The notes beneath the pieces are model-generated. The model worked only from the letters and a program-made list of their open reading frames with translations, was not told where the DNA came from and did no database searches. From positions 162 to 64,161 of the forward strand of contig JAGVOW010000016.1 of assembly GCA_020052515.1 (NCBI GenBank): 64,000 bases of DNA, written 5' to 3'. Both the position numbers and the translations under genes were made by a program. This stretch comes from Brevinematales bacterium (GTDB lineage Bacteria; Spirochaetota; Brevinematia; Brevinematales; JAOACQ01). Positions within the stretch are counted from its first letter, which is position 1. Each line of letters opens with the position of its first letter. Below, piece after piece: positions 56,819 through 64,000 of this stretch.

Positions 56819-57112
56819 TTTATGTGACCTCCAATAAAAATAATTATCATTTTGTAGGCATAGGCTGGTTGCTAAGATTATAAACAATGAATTATATTTT
56901 AATACTAAACCGCGATTTTTGCAAAAAACGGAATGAAGCGGTTTTTTCTTTGCAAAATCTCGTATGGTGAGATAAAATATTGTCAGTAGCGGACAAAACG
57001 CTTCCTTACTTTCTTTTGGCAACAGCACCAAAAGAAAGTAAGCAAAGAAAAGTGCCGCCGTCTACGCTGCTGAGACTTGCGTCGTTTCCACTCAGAAACG
57101 GGCGCGCTTATA

Positions 57113-57145
57113 CCGTTTCTTCGCGGACTCCGCTAAGTCTCCTCC
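57113..57145. repeat. Family A repeat, short copy
   Basis: ccgtttcttcgcggactccgctaagtctcc, followed by the hairpin tctccgc-tatg-gcggaga. Confidence 0.7.
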
Positions 57146-57228
57146 GCTATGGCGGAGACAAAAAACAATCATTGAATGAACTACAACGCTATTCATCCAT
57201 CAATTAGTCATTAAAAAGGAGGTGCATT

Positions 57229-58617
57229 TTGAAATCGATCATTATGGCCGGCGGTGCTGGCACAAGGCTCTGGCCGCTTTCCAGGAAGAATTTTCCGAAA
57301 CAGTTTTTGTCCTTGATCAATGGGGAGAGCTTTATTCAAATTACCGCCAGGCGGCTTTCTCATTTTACAAAGCCCGGCGATATTTATGTAGTAGCGGGTG
57401 AAGAATATCAATTTACCATAAAAGACCAGCTTTCCGGTGTTTGCGGACAAAGTTTTGATAATTTGATACTGGAGCCGATGGGGAAAAATACCGCGCCGGC
57501 GATCGCGCTGACCATAAAGTACTTATTGGAAAAGAAACAGGCAAAACCGGATGAAATCCTGTTTTTCTCGCCTTCCGACCACATTATCAAGCCCGAAAAT
57601 GATTTTTCTCAAGCGGTCCTGGATTGCCTGGAAGCGGCAAAGGACAATATTGTTACCTTCGGCATTGTACCCGCTAAACCGGAAACAGGCTACGGCTACA
57701 TTGAGCTGGGAAATGAAAAAGGAAACAAAATTTATCCGGTCAGCCGCTTTGTGGAGAAGCCGGATCTGGAGAAAGCAAAGTCTTATCTGCAGGCAGGCAA
57801 TTATGTCTGGAACGCGGGAATGTTTTTGTTTTCCATTCAGGTGATGCTGAAAGCCTTTCAGGAATTTGCTCCTGAGCTTTATGAAATGATCACGAAGGGC
57901 ACTTATGAAGAAGCGGTGCAAAATTATCAAAAACTTTCGGGCATTTCTATTGACTATGCCGTTATGGAAAAAACGAAGAATATTGTCTGCAAAAAGACAG
58001 GAGTGGAATGGAATGATGTGGGCTCGTGGGACTCTATTTATGAGATTTTGCCCAAGGACGCCAATCAGAATGTAGTGATGGGGGATGTGGAGACTTATCA
58101 AGTGAAAAACAGTTTGATCATCAGCAATGAAAAACTGACCGCGCTCATTGGCCTATCGGACATTGCCGTGATTGAGACAGAGGACGCGATTTTAATCAGC
58201 GACCGAAAGAAAGCGCAGGACGTAAAGGAAATTGTTACTGTTTTGAAGAATAAAAATAGAAAAGAAGTGAATGAGCACACGACCACTTATAGACCCTGGG
58301 GACATTACACAGTATTGGAAGAATCCGACCGCTATAAGATCAAAAAAATAGTGGTAAATCAAGGGGCAAAGCTTTCCCTTCAAAGGCATGCCCACCGGAG
58401 CGAACACTGGGTCGTGGTCAAGGGTACAGCGCTGGTCCGATTGGAAGACAAAGAATTCCCTATTCATGAAAATGAAAGCGCCTATATTCCAAAGTCGGCG
58501 GTGCATCGGCTTTCCAATCCCGGCAGGATGCCGCTGGAAATCATCGAAGTGCAGAATGGCGAATACGTCGGCGAGGATGATATCGAGAGGCTGGAAGATA
58601 ATTACGGACGGGCTTAA
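57229..58617 (+). CDS. manC: Mannose-1-phosphate guanylyltransferase/mannose-6-phosphate isomerase
   Basis: 'IIMAGGAGTRLWPLSR' and C-terminal cupin 'LQRHAHRSEHWVVVKGTA'. TTG start after AGGAGG. Confidence 0.9.
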   Translation: MKSIIMAGGAGTRLWPLSRKNFPKQFLSLINGESFIQITARRLSHFTKPGDIYVVAGEEYQFTIKDQLSGVCGQSFDNLILEPMGKNTAPAIALTIKYLLEKKQAKPDEILFFSPSDHIIKPENDFSQAVLDCLEAAKDNIVTFGIVPAKPETGYGYIELGNEKGNKIYPVSRFVEKPDLEKAKSYLQAGNYVWNAGMFLFSIQVMLKAFQEFAPELYEMITKGTYEEAVQNYQKLSGISIDYAVMEKTKNIVCKKTGVEWNDVGSWDSIYEILPKDANQNVVMGDVETYQVKNSLIISNEKLTALIGLSDIAVIETEDAILISDRKKAQDVKEIVTVLKNKNRKEVNEHTTTYRPWGHYTVLEESDRYKIKKIVVNQGAKLSLQRHAHRSEHWVVVKGTALVRLEDKEFPIHENESAYIPKSAVHRLSNPGRMPLEIIEVQNGEYVGEDDIERLEDNYGRA

Positions 58618-58628
58618 GTCAGAAAAAA

Positions 58629-58652
58629 AGAGGGGGGTATTCCCCCCCTCTC
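58629..58652. terminator. Poly-G/poly-C hairpin between convergent manC and LipL32-like genes
   Basis: aGAGGGGGG-tatt-CCCCCCCTCt. Confidence 0.5.
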
Positions 58653-58671
58653 AAGAAAATGAGAAATCAGA

Positions 58672-59379
58672 TTATTTTGCCAATTTAGCTATGCCTTCTA
58701 AAGAAGAAGCGATGGCGACTCCAGGAAGTTTAATAGGAGCGCCGATCTGGGCAACGAAGGAACCCTGCACTTCGCCGGTTTTGTAGGTGGTAAAGCCGAT
58801 TCTGTATAAGCCCCTTACAAGTGTTTTCAAGGGATCATTATGGTCGGCGGCTACTCTTAAAACAGAGTTATACTTGCTGCCGGAAGGCTGAGCGGGCAGT
58901 TCAGAAGAGTCATCATTATTATCATATTTAATCCATAAACTGGATTTTCCTTTAACAGCTATATCAGCCGGATTGATAACTTCAACAGCTCTTTCCAGAT
59001 CAATCCAGGTATCGAAATAATTTGTTGCATCACTTTTTCCTTCATTCCACAATGAACTGACAAAATCATTAGAGGATGGGGCCATACTATTGGGCACAGG
59101 AGAAACCATTCTGAGGCCCAATTCAGGAGCGGCAACGGGAATCCACACGTAAACATAATACATTTTTTTCCCGTCGACTACCGCATCCGGCGTGGAACCC
59201 TGTTTAATATACCCGTAGTAGCTGACCATGTCCTGATAAGGAAGACGGATAGGGTCGGCGAAGGGAATAGGATTGTCCAGTTTACCGAGTTCAGCGCCAA
59301 AAATAGGAAGCCCGCCAGCGTAACTAATCGCTAACGATCCTATAACTAATAAGGCACTTAACAACAAAATCTTTTGCAT
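58672..59379 (-). CDS. LipL32-family secreted protein (no lipobox)
   Basis: Blocks '[36 protein letters not shown]', 'GLRMVSP', '[10 protein letters not shown]', 'KYNSVLRV' and '[27 protein letters not shown]' align to my memory of Leptospira LipL32 ('[37 protein letters not shown]', 'GVRMISP', 'FDTWIRVERM', 'KYNSLTRI', '[27 protein letters not shown]'). Confidence 0.75.
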   Translation of the reverse strand: [235 protein letters not shown]

Positions 59380-59525
59380 AGTTTTTCCTCCTTCAATTAC
59401 TTTTAAGGTTAATTATATACTATTTTTGTTTTTAAACCAATTTATTGGAAATCTTATAAAATATATCACAATAACCATGGATTATCAATTAGAATTGGTG
59501 AAAAAGTAAATCGGCAAAGAATTTG

Positions 59526-59554
59526 TTGACATTACTCATTTAATTCTTTATATT
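59526..59554 (+). promoter_or_regulatory. sigma70-type promoter of the PD40 lipoprotein gene
   Basis: TTGACA-N17-TATATT, overlapped by the near-perfect inverted repeat tactcattta/ttaatgagta. Confidence 0.5.
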
Positions 59555-59573
59555 TAATGAGTAGGAGGTATGT

Positions 59574-60518
59574 ATGGGAAAGATTTTTCTCCTTTTGGTG
59601 CCGATAGTTGTTGCCTTTTTATCCGCCTGCAGCGGGTATTTTGCGGGCGAGGATTCCAAAAATTCTAAGGATGGCGTGAATAAGCTCGCGCTTTCCGGCG
59701 GCGGCTACTTAAGCACCGATGATTATAATGAGATCACGCCCTTTTTGTATAGGGATGGCGGTAAAGCCTGGCTCTTCTTCGCGAGCGATAGAGGCGGGAA
59801 TTATGATATTTATTATGCGGAGATGGATAGCGAAGGGAAATTCAATGCGCCAGTCAAGTTAGATACAAATTTGAATACTACCAATCATGAGTATTCACCC
59901 GTAGTATTCCAGTCATATAGAAATGGGGACGCGCCTACAGGCACGAACTGTTTTATTTCTTTTATTCGTATTGAGTTCGGAGGCGCTTCGACAAATATTC
60001 GCACTTTTCTTGTCTCAAACACGTTTAATGTTTATTCGATGGGAATGGGCGCTGATCCTACTATGGCTAATGCAAAAAGTATTGCCTTGCTTTCAAAAAC
60101 AAATCATATGCCAGGTTTATTGATTTCTATTGATTCGACGAATTTACTGCAATCAACCTGGAATACCAACGCATTTTCGACATCCCCCTGTTGGAATTCT
60201 CCCTCCTCAATGCTGATCGGTTCAACCACTTCGGTTCTTGGAATAGATGGCTATCATATCGGCACAACTTCCTGGACCAATATATACATTTATGATGTTT
60301 TGTTTGAAGGAAAACGAACGCTATTCAAAGGGTTTGTTGCCTCTGCCCCGGCAACAAATTTTCAACAAATTTTAGAGTATGCATCAGATTTTAATGATGC
60401 ACAGCCTTGCCTTGACCTTATAACCATGAAAGTCTATTTCTCCTCCGACCGTTACGGCAAGGGCAATTATGACCTTTACCGGTACAACACACTGACTTTT
60501 GACAAAGCGATGCATTAG
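59574..60518 (+). CDS. Lipoprotein with TolB-like PD40 beta-propeller repeats
   Basis: Lipobox 'FLSAC'; 'FFASDRGGNYDIYYAEMD' and 'YFSSDRYGKGNYDLYRY'. Confidence 0.6.
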   Translation: MGKIFLLLVPIVVAFLSACSGYFAGEDSKNSKDGVNKLALSGGGYLSTDDYNEITPFLYRDGGKAWLFFASDRGGNYDIYYAEMDSEGKFNAPVKLDTNLNTTNHEYSPVVFQSYRNGDAPTGTNCFISFIRIEFGGASTNIRTFLVSNTFNVYSMGMGADPTMANAKSIALLSKTNHMPGLLISIDSTNLLQSTWNTNAFSTSPCWNSPSSMLIGSTTSVLGIDGYHIGTTSWTNIYIYDVLFEGKRTLFKGFVASAPATNFQQILEYASDFNDAQPCLDLITMKVYFSSDRYGKGNYDLYRYNTLTFDKAMH

Positions 60519-60520
60519 GA

Positions 60521-60560
60521 ACGATCCGCGAAGGCACGCAAAGAAACGCGAATGAAGAAT
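60521..60560. repeat. Family A repeat copy (upstream of Kelch-like gene)
   Basis: gatccgcgaaggCACGCAAAGAAACGCGAATGAAg. Confidence 0.85.
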
Positions 60561-60647
60561 TGGTGTAGATTAGTGTTATTCGTGGGTTAACCACGAAACA
60601 CACGAAATGGCACGAAATTTTGAGTGTTTGGTAGGAGGAAATCCTTC

Positions 60648-61613
60648 ATGAAAAAACGTTATTTTGTTTTTCTGGCCTTTATCGTTGCCTTCGGACAATT
60701 ACTCCCCTCTTGCTCTTCCCTCGCCGTATTGAACAACATGCTTACAGTGAGTCATAGTTCCTCGTCTTCTTCCACACCCCTCATCCTGCCCGATGGGAAA
60801 AACTGGGAATGCGCAAATATTGCAGCTAATTTTTTGCCAAGATTCGGTTTAAGAAGTTTGATTTTTAATAATAAGATATGGATTATAGGTGGCTTTACAA
60901 TAGCGGGGCACACTACTAACGATGTCTGGTATTCCAGCGACGGCACCAATTGGTATTGTGCTACCCTCGCGGCTAGTTTTGCTTCAAGATATGTACATGC
61001 AGCGGTTACATACAATGGAAAAATGTGGGTTATTGGAGGTAGCCCTCTTTCTGCCGATGTCTGGTCATCCTTGGATGGCATTAATTGGACCAATGTCACT
61101 ACCTCAGCCGGTTTCAGTACGAGGGCGCACTTTCCATGTCTGGTCTATAATAATAAATTATGGGTTATAGGTGGTGGTGGACCTTTTAACGACGTCTGGT
61201 CTTCAACGGATGGAACAAATTGGGTTTGTGTTACCAATTCCGCGGCTTTCAGCCCGAGATACGCTCATACCGGCTGTGTCTTTAATAATAAGATGTGGAT
61301 TATAGGCGGTGTTACAGTAGCAGGACTTACTAAAGATGTTTGGTATTCTGGTGACGGTACCAACTGGTACTGTGCAACGAATTCCGCGGCGTTCGGCCTT
61401 AGAGCCACTCACACTACTGTTGTTTTTGACAATAAAATCTGGGTTATTGGAGGAAATGGTCCTGCTAATGACGTATGGAATTCCACAGACGGAATCAACT
61501 GGGTCTGTGTGACAAACGCGGCGGCTTTTGCGCCTAGACAAGATCACACAAGCGTTGTTTTTAATAATAAAATCTGGGGTGATGGCGGGATACACAACCA
61601 CCTTCACCAATGA
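60648..61613 (+). CDS. Kelch-like six-blade beta-propeller lipoprotein (C-terminus frameshifted)
   Basis: Lipobox 'LLPSC' with AGGAGG 10 nt upstream of the ATG at 60648. There are six ~46-48-aa repeats of 'DVW.S.DG.NW.c.t..AaF..R..H..vvfnNKmWvIGG'. Confidence 0.7.
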   Translation: MKKRYFVFLAFIVAFGQLLPSCSSLAVLNNMLTVSHSSSSSSTPLILPDGKNWECANIAANFLPRFGLRSLIFNNKIWIIGGFTIAGHTTNDVWYSSDGTNWYCATLAASFASRYVHAAVTYNGKMWVIGGSPLSADVWSSLDGINWTNVTTSAGFSTRAHFPCLVYNNKLWVIGGGGPFNDVWSSTDGTNWVCVTNSAAFSPRYAHTGCVFNNKMWIIGGVTVAGLTKDVWYSGDGTNWYCATNSAAFGLRATHTTVVFDNKIWVIGGNGPANDVWNSTDGINWVCVTNAAAFAPRQDHTSVVFNNKIWGDGGIHNHLHQ

Positions 61614-61672
61614 CCTCTGGTACTCAAAGTAAAGCCGGTCTAAAATGAAAATCCGCATTAGGCAGGAGTGAA

Positions 61673-62668
61673 ATGCAGCGTTTATTCTGTTTCTTTTTAA
61701 TTACAGCGTCTTTTTTTTGTTCGAGTGTTTTGTTTAGCGACACGCGCGTCCTGCTCAAGCCGGGCGTCGGTTTTTATTATGATGGAATGAATTACAGCGC
61801 TGGTATCGACTTAGAAACGGGCTTCAATAGCTTTTCCCCTTCTTTTCCTGAGGGCTTTTTTACCGGGATTGGCGCGGCCTATTCCGCCGTTCTTTCCACC
61901 CCTTGGGTTTATTTCAATAGTATCAGCGGAGGCATAGAAATCGGATACCGCTTTTCCATAGGGAACAAATTCCTTGAAATATCGCCCGCGCTTCTGGCGG
62001 GGGGCGCTTATTCTCAATTTGGGAATACTTCAACCAATGTCAATGGACTGAATTTTTTATTGAACCCCTCATTGACCGTTGGATTTTGGCTCGGCGATTT
62101 TATCGTATTGGGCCTGACGCTGGACTACCGCTATATGCCTATTGACCTTCCGGCCGGCCCATACTTTTCATCTGATTTGAACGCGCTTGTCAGCCTTTCT
62201 TTTGTCATAGGCCAAAAGGCGGAAAATCGGCGGAAGTCAAAAACCGAAGGGCTTTCCAGAGACCTGAACCAGGCGCTCTCGAGCAATAAAATTCAGGCCA
62301 GTTTTACCAAGGAAGGCGGCAATGAAATCAAACTAAATATCTCAGATGTCCTTTTTGAAGTCAATAGCGACGCCATTCACCCGGAATACATGGACACTTT
62401 AAAAACCATAGCGGCGATGGCGAAGAACTACCCTGAATTCCTTATTTTAATAGAAGGGCATTCGGATGATACAGGCGACGCCGGATATAACCGTGAGCTT
62501 TCAGAAAAACGCGCGAGGAATATAGCTTATGTTTTTATGGGTGCGGACATTCCCCCTGAAAAAATAACTTATAAGGGTCGGGGAAAGGACAAGCCCCTTG
62601 TCCCGAATACATCGGCAGAGAACCGCGCGAAAAACCGCCGGGTAGAAGTGAGGTTCATCTGGAAATAA
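61673..62668 (+). CDS. OmpA-family outer membrane protein
   Basis: Signal peptide, Gly/aromatic-rich beta-barrel-like N-terminal half, then a C-terminal 'GHSDDTGDAGYNRELSEKRA...NRRVEV'. Confidence 0.8.
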   Translation: MQRLFCFFLITASFFCSSVLFSDTRVLLKPGVGFYYDGMNYSAGIDLETGFNSFSPSFPEGFFTGIGAAYSAVLSTPWVYFNSISGGIEIGYRFSIGNKFLEISPALLAGGAYSQFGNTSTNVNGLNFLLNPSLTVGFWLGDFIVLGLTLDYRYMPIDLPAGPYFSSDLNALVSLSFVIGQKAENRRKSKTEGLSRDLNQALSSNKIQASFTKEGGNEIKLNISDVLFEVNSDAIHPEYMDTLKTIAAMAKNYPEFLILIEGHSDDTGDAGYNRELSEKRARNIAYVFMGADIPPEKITYKGRGKDKPLVPNTSAENRAKNRRVEVRFIWK

Positions 62669-62675
62669 ATTGGCG

Positions 62676-62748
62676 TATCTTAGCGCGACTTAGCGGAAGA
62701 CCGTTATCCGCTAATGCACGCGAAGAAACGCGAATGAAACGGCCGCGG
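62676..62748. repeat. Family A repeat, most complete copy (downstream of OmpA gene)
   Basis: cttagcgcgacttagcggaagaccgttatccgctaatgCACGCGAAGAAACGCGAATGAAacgg. The 23-nt core matches 60535-60557 at 22/23 positions in the same orientation. Confidence 0.85.
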
Positions 62749-62822
62749 AGGAACAACCCCCTGCCCCCCTTTGATAAGGGGGATTTTTGAACGCCCTTCG
62801 AGCAGTCCTCAGGACATTGCCC

Positions 62823-63986
62823 TTATCCCATCAGCCCCAATCCCTTATGCTTTTGAGCAATATCCTCCGCGAGTTTATCCAGCGCGGCGAATTCCGCTTC
62901 TTTTGGATAGCCTTTTGAAATGACCGGGCTCAAAATTTCTCCTTTGAAATTGGTCAAAATCGATTTTATCACGTCGGCGCTTTTTTCCGCCCAGCTATAG
63001 GAAGAGATCCAGGAAGCGAATTTTGTTTTTGGCCTGAGGGCATTCGCAATATACGCGGCGTTCACCACTACAGGGTGCAGGCCGACTAAAACCGTTGGGC
63101 CTCCCAGTATCACTGTAGCGGCATCCATAAGGGCCATAGCGATTTCTCCCAGGTCTGAAAGTGGAAGATTAAAATAATGGACAACAATCCCTTTCTCTTC
63201 CAGGGCATCCTTTAAATGCTCAGCCATTTTTCGCGTGCTGTCATGCATGGAGACATAGGCTAAAAGGACTTCGTTTTTTAGTTCTTCCGAAGACCATTCT
63301 TTATAAGCGTTTAAAATCTTTTCCGGCTTTGAGTGAATATATCCATGAGAAGGGCAGATCATATTGATTTTAAATTTGTCTAATTTTTGAATGTTATTGC
63401 GCACATTATTGCGGAATGGTGACATAATTTCCGCGAAATATCTTTTGGCCGGTTTATAAAAATGCTCTGAGTCCAGAAGATTCGAAGCCGCTACGTGCGA
63501 TCCGAAAAAGTCACAGGAAAAAAGCACCCCGTCTTCTTTCAGATAGGTGCACATTGTTTCCGGCCAGTGAACCCAGGGCGTGAGCATAAACTCCAGTGTT
63601 TTGTCCCCCAGCGGCAATGTTTCTCCTTCTTTGATAATCAAGAGTCTTTCGTCCGTCACAAGGGCGAAATCTTTAAGCATTCCGGCGCATTTTTCATTGG
63701 TGACGAGTTTTGCTCCTGGATAGGCTTCCAGTACGAAAGGTATAGAGCCGGAGTGGTCCTGTTCCGCATGGTTCGCGATAATGTAATCAATCTTTTTAAT
63801 CCCCAGCCTTTTTAGATTGCCGAAAAGCTGATCTCTCAAAGCGGGATCAACCGTGTCTATCAAAACGGTTTTCTCGCTTCCCTCTACAATATAGGAATTG
63901 TAGCTGGTTCCTTCCGGCAACGGAATCAGCTCGTCAAAAAGCCTTCTATCCGGGTGTTTTGCCCCTACTAAATATACTTTTTCCAA
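62823..63986 (-). CDS. Flavodiiron protein (FprA-type: metallo-beta-lactamase-like plus flavodoxin-like domains)
   Basis: 'GTSYNSYIV', di-iron motif 'HAEQDHSG' and a flavodoxin-like C-terminal half. TTG start; the frame remains open to the window edge. Confidence 0.8.
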   Translation of the reverse strand: MEKVYLVGAKHPDRRLFDELIPLPEGTSYNSYIVEGSEKTVLIDTVDPALRDQLFGNLKRLGIKKIDYIIANHAEQDHSGSIPFVLEAYPGAKLVTNEKCAGMLKDFALVTDERLLIIKEGETLPLGDKTLEFMLTPWVHWPETMCTYLKEDGVLFSCDFFGSHVAASNLLDSEHFYKPAKRYFAEIMSPFRNNVRNNIQKLDKFKINMICPSHGYIHSKPEKILNAYKEWSSEELKNEVLLAYVSMHDSTRKMAEHLKDALEEKGIVVHYFNLPLSDLGEIAMALMDAATVILGGPTVLVGLHPVVVNAAYIANALRPKTKFASWISSYSWAEKSADVIKSILTNFKGEILSPVISKGYPKEAEFAALDKLAEDIAQKHKGLGLMG

Positions 63987-64000
63987 CAGTTTTTTAACAG

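Noticed and set aside
56819-57031. 71-codon N-terminal extension of ppdK in the supplied ORF
   Set aside because: The canonical PPDK N-terminus (MSKNKYVYFFGGG) starts at 56818 with a GGAGG RBS. The extension has no homology-like features and would swallow the promoter region.
57523-58101. 192-aa ORF antisense to manC
   Set aside because: It is a shadow ORF inside the well supported manC CDS.
60607-60622. TGGCACGaaatTTTGAg resembling a sigma54 -24/-12 promoter upstream of the Kelch-like gene
   Set aside because: The -12 element lacks the essential GC (TTGA instead of TTGC). The site lies within about 10 nt of the RBS and about 25 nt of the ATG, and it falls inside a cacgaaa-type repeat word. 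It is most likely fortuitous.

Overview
This is a gene-dense 64-kb chromosomal window from a diderm bacterium (lpxD, an OmpA-type protein, many lipobox proteins) that is flagellated (a flgF/G-family rod gene, a tentative FlgH-like ORF). The taxon cannot be fixed from sequence alone. A LipL32-family protein, a TatP/TatT pair and SpoVG give a spirochaete-like flavour. The dispersed GC-rich intergenic 'word' repeats look like an uncultivated environmental lineage. The backbone is housekeeping: coaD-pta, TRAP SBP+TatT, spoVG-tRNA-Gln-prs-rplY-pth, tilS-hpt-ftsH, moxR, dxs, GAF-GGDEF, ilvB-ilvN-(Uma2 relic)-ilvC, holA, purC, pheT-pheS, gyrA, ptsN, flgG, a second ilvG-like AHAS, rsmA-lpxD, ppdK, manC and a flavodiiron protein. 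Accessory or decaying content comprises an intact UPF0175/PIN TA pair, a dead RelE/ParE TA module hidden under a shadow ORF, a miniaturised Uma2 gene inside the ilv operon, one frameshifted and one truncated DUF4143 ATPase, and a class II Fic protein. The most interesting candidates are four. (1) An XPB/Ssl2-type helicase is in a two-gene operon with a protein that reads like eukaryotic TFIIH p52/Tfb2. (2) A 27-aa Ile/Val/Leu-rich leader ORF plus an intrinsic terminator lies directly upstream of the orphan ilvG-like gene, preceded by a consensus-promoter-driven structured RNA with its own terminator. (3) An identical 22-bp palindrome sits 16-22 nt upstream of three start codons. (4) A LipL32-family protein lacks a lipobox and lies in an envelope-protein cluster. 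Caveats: all homology calls were made by eye or from memory on the supplied translations, and no searches or folding were run. Three apparent frameshifts all sit in homopolymer runs and may be sequencing errors.
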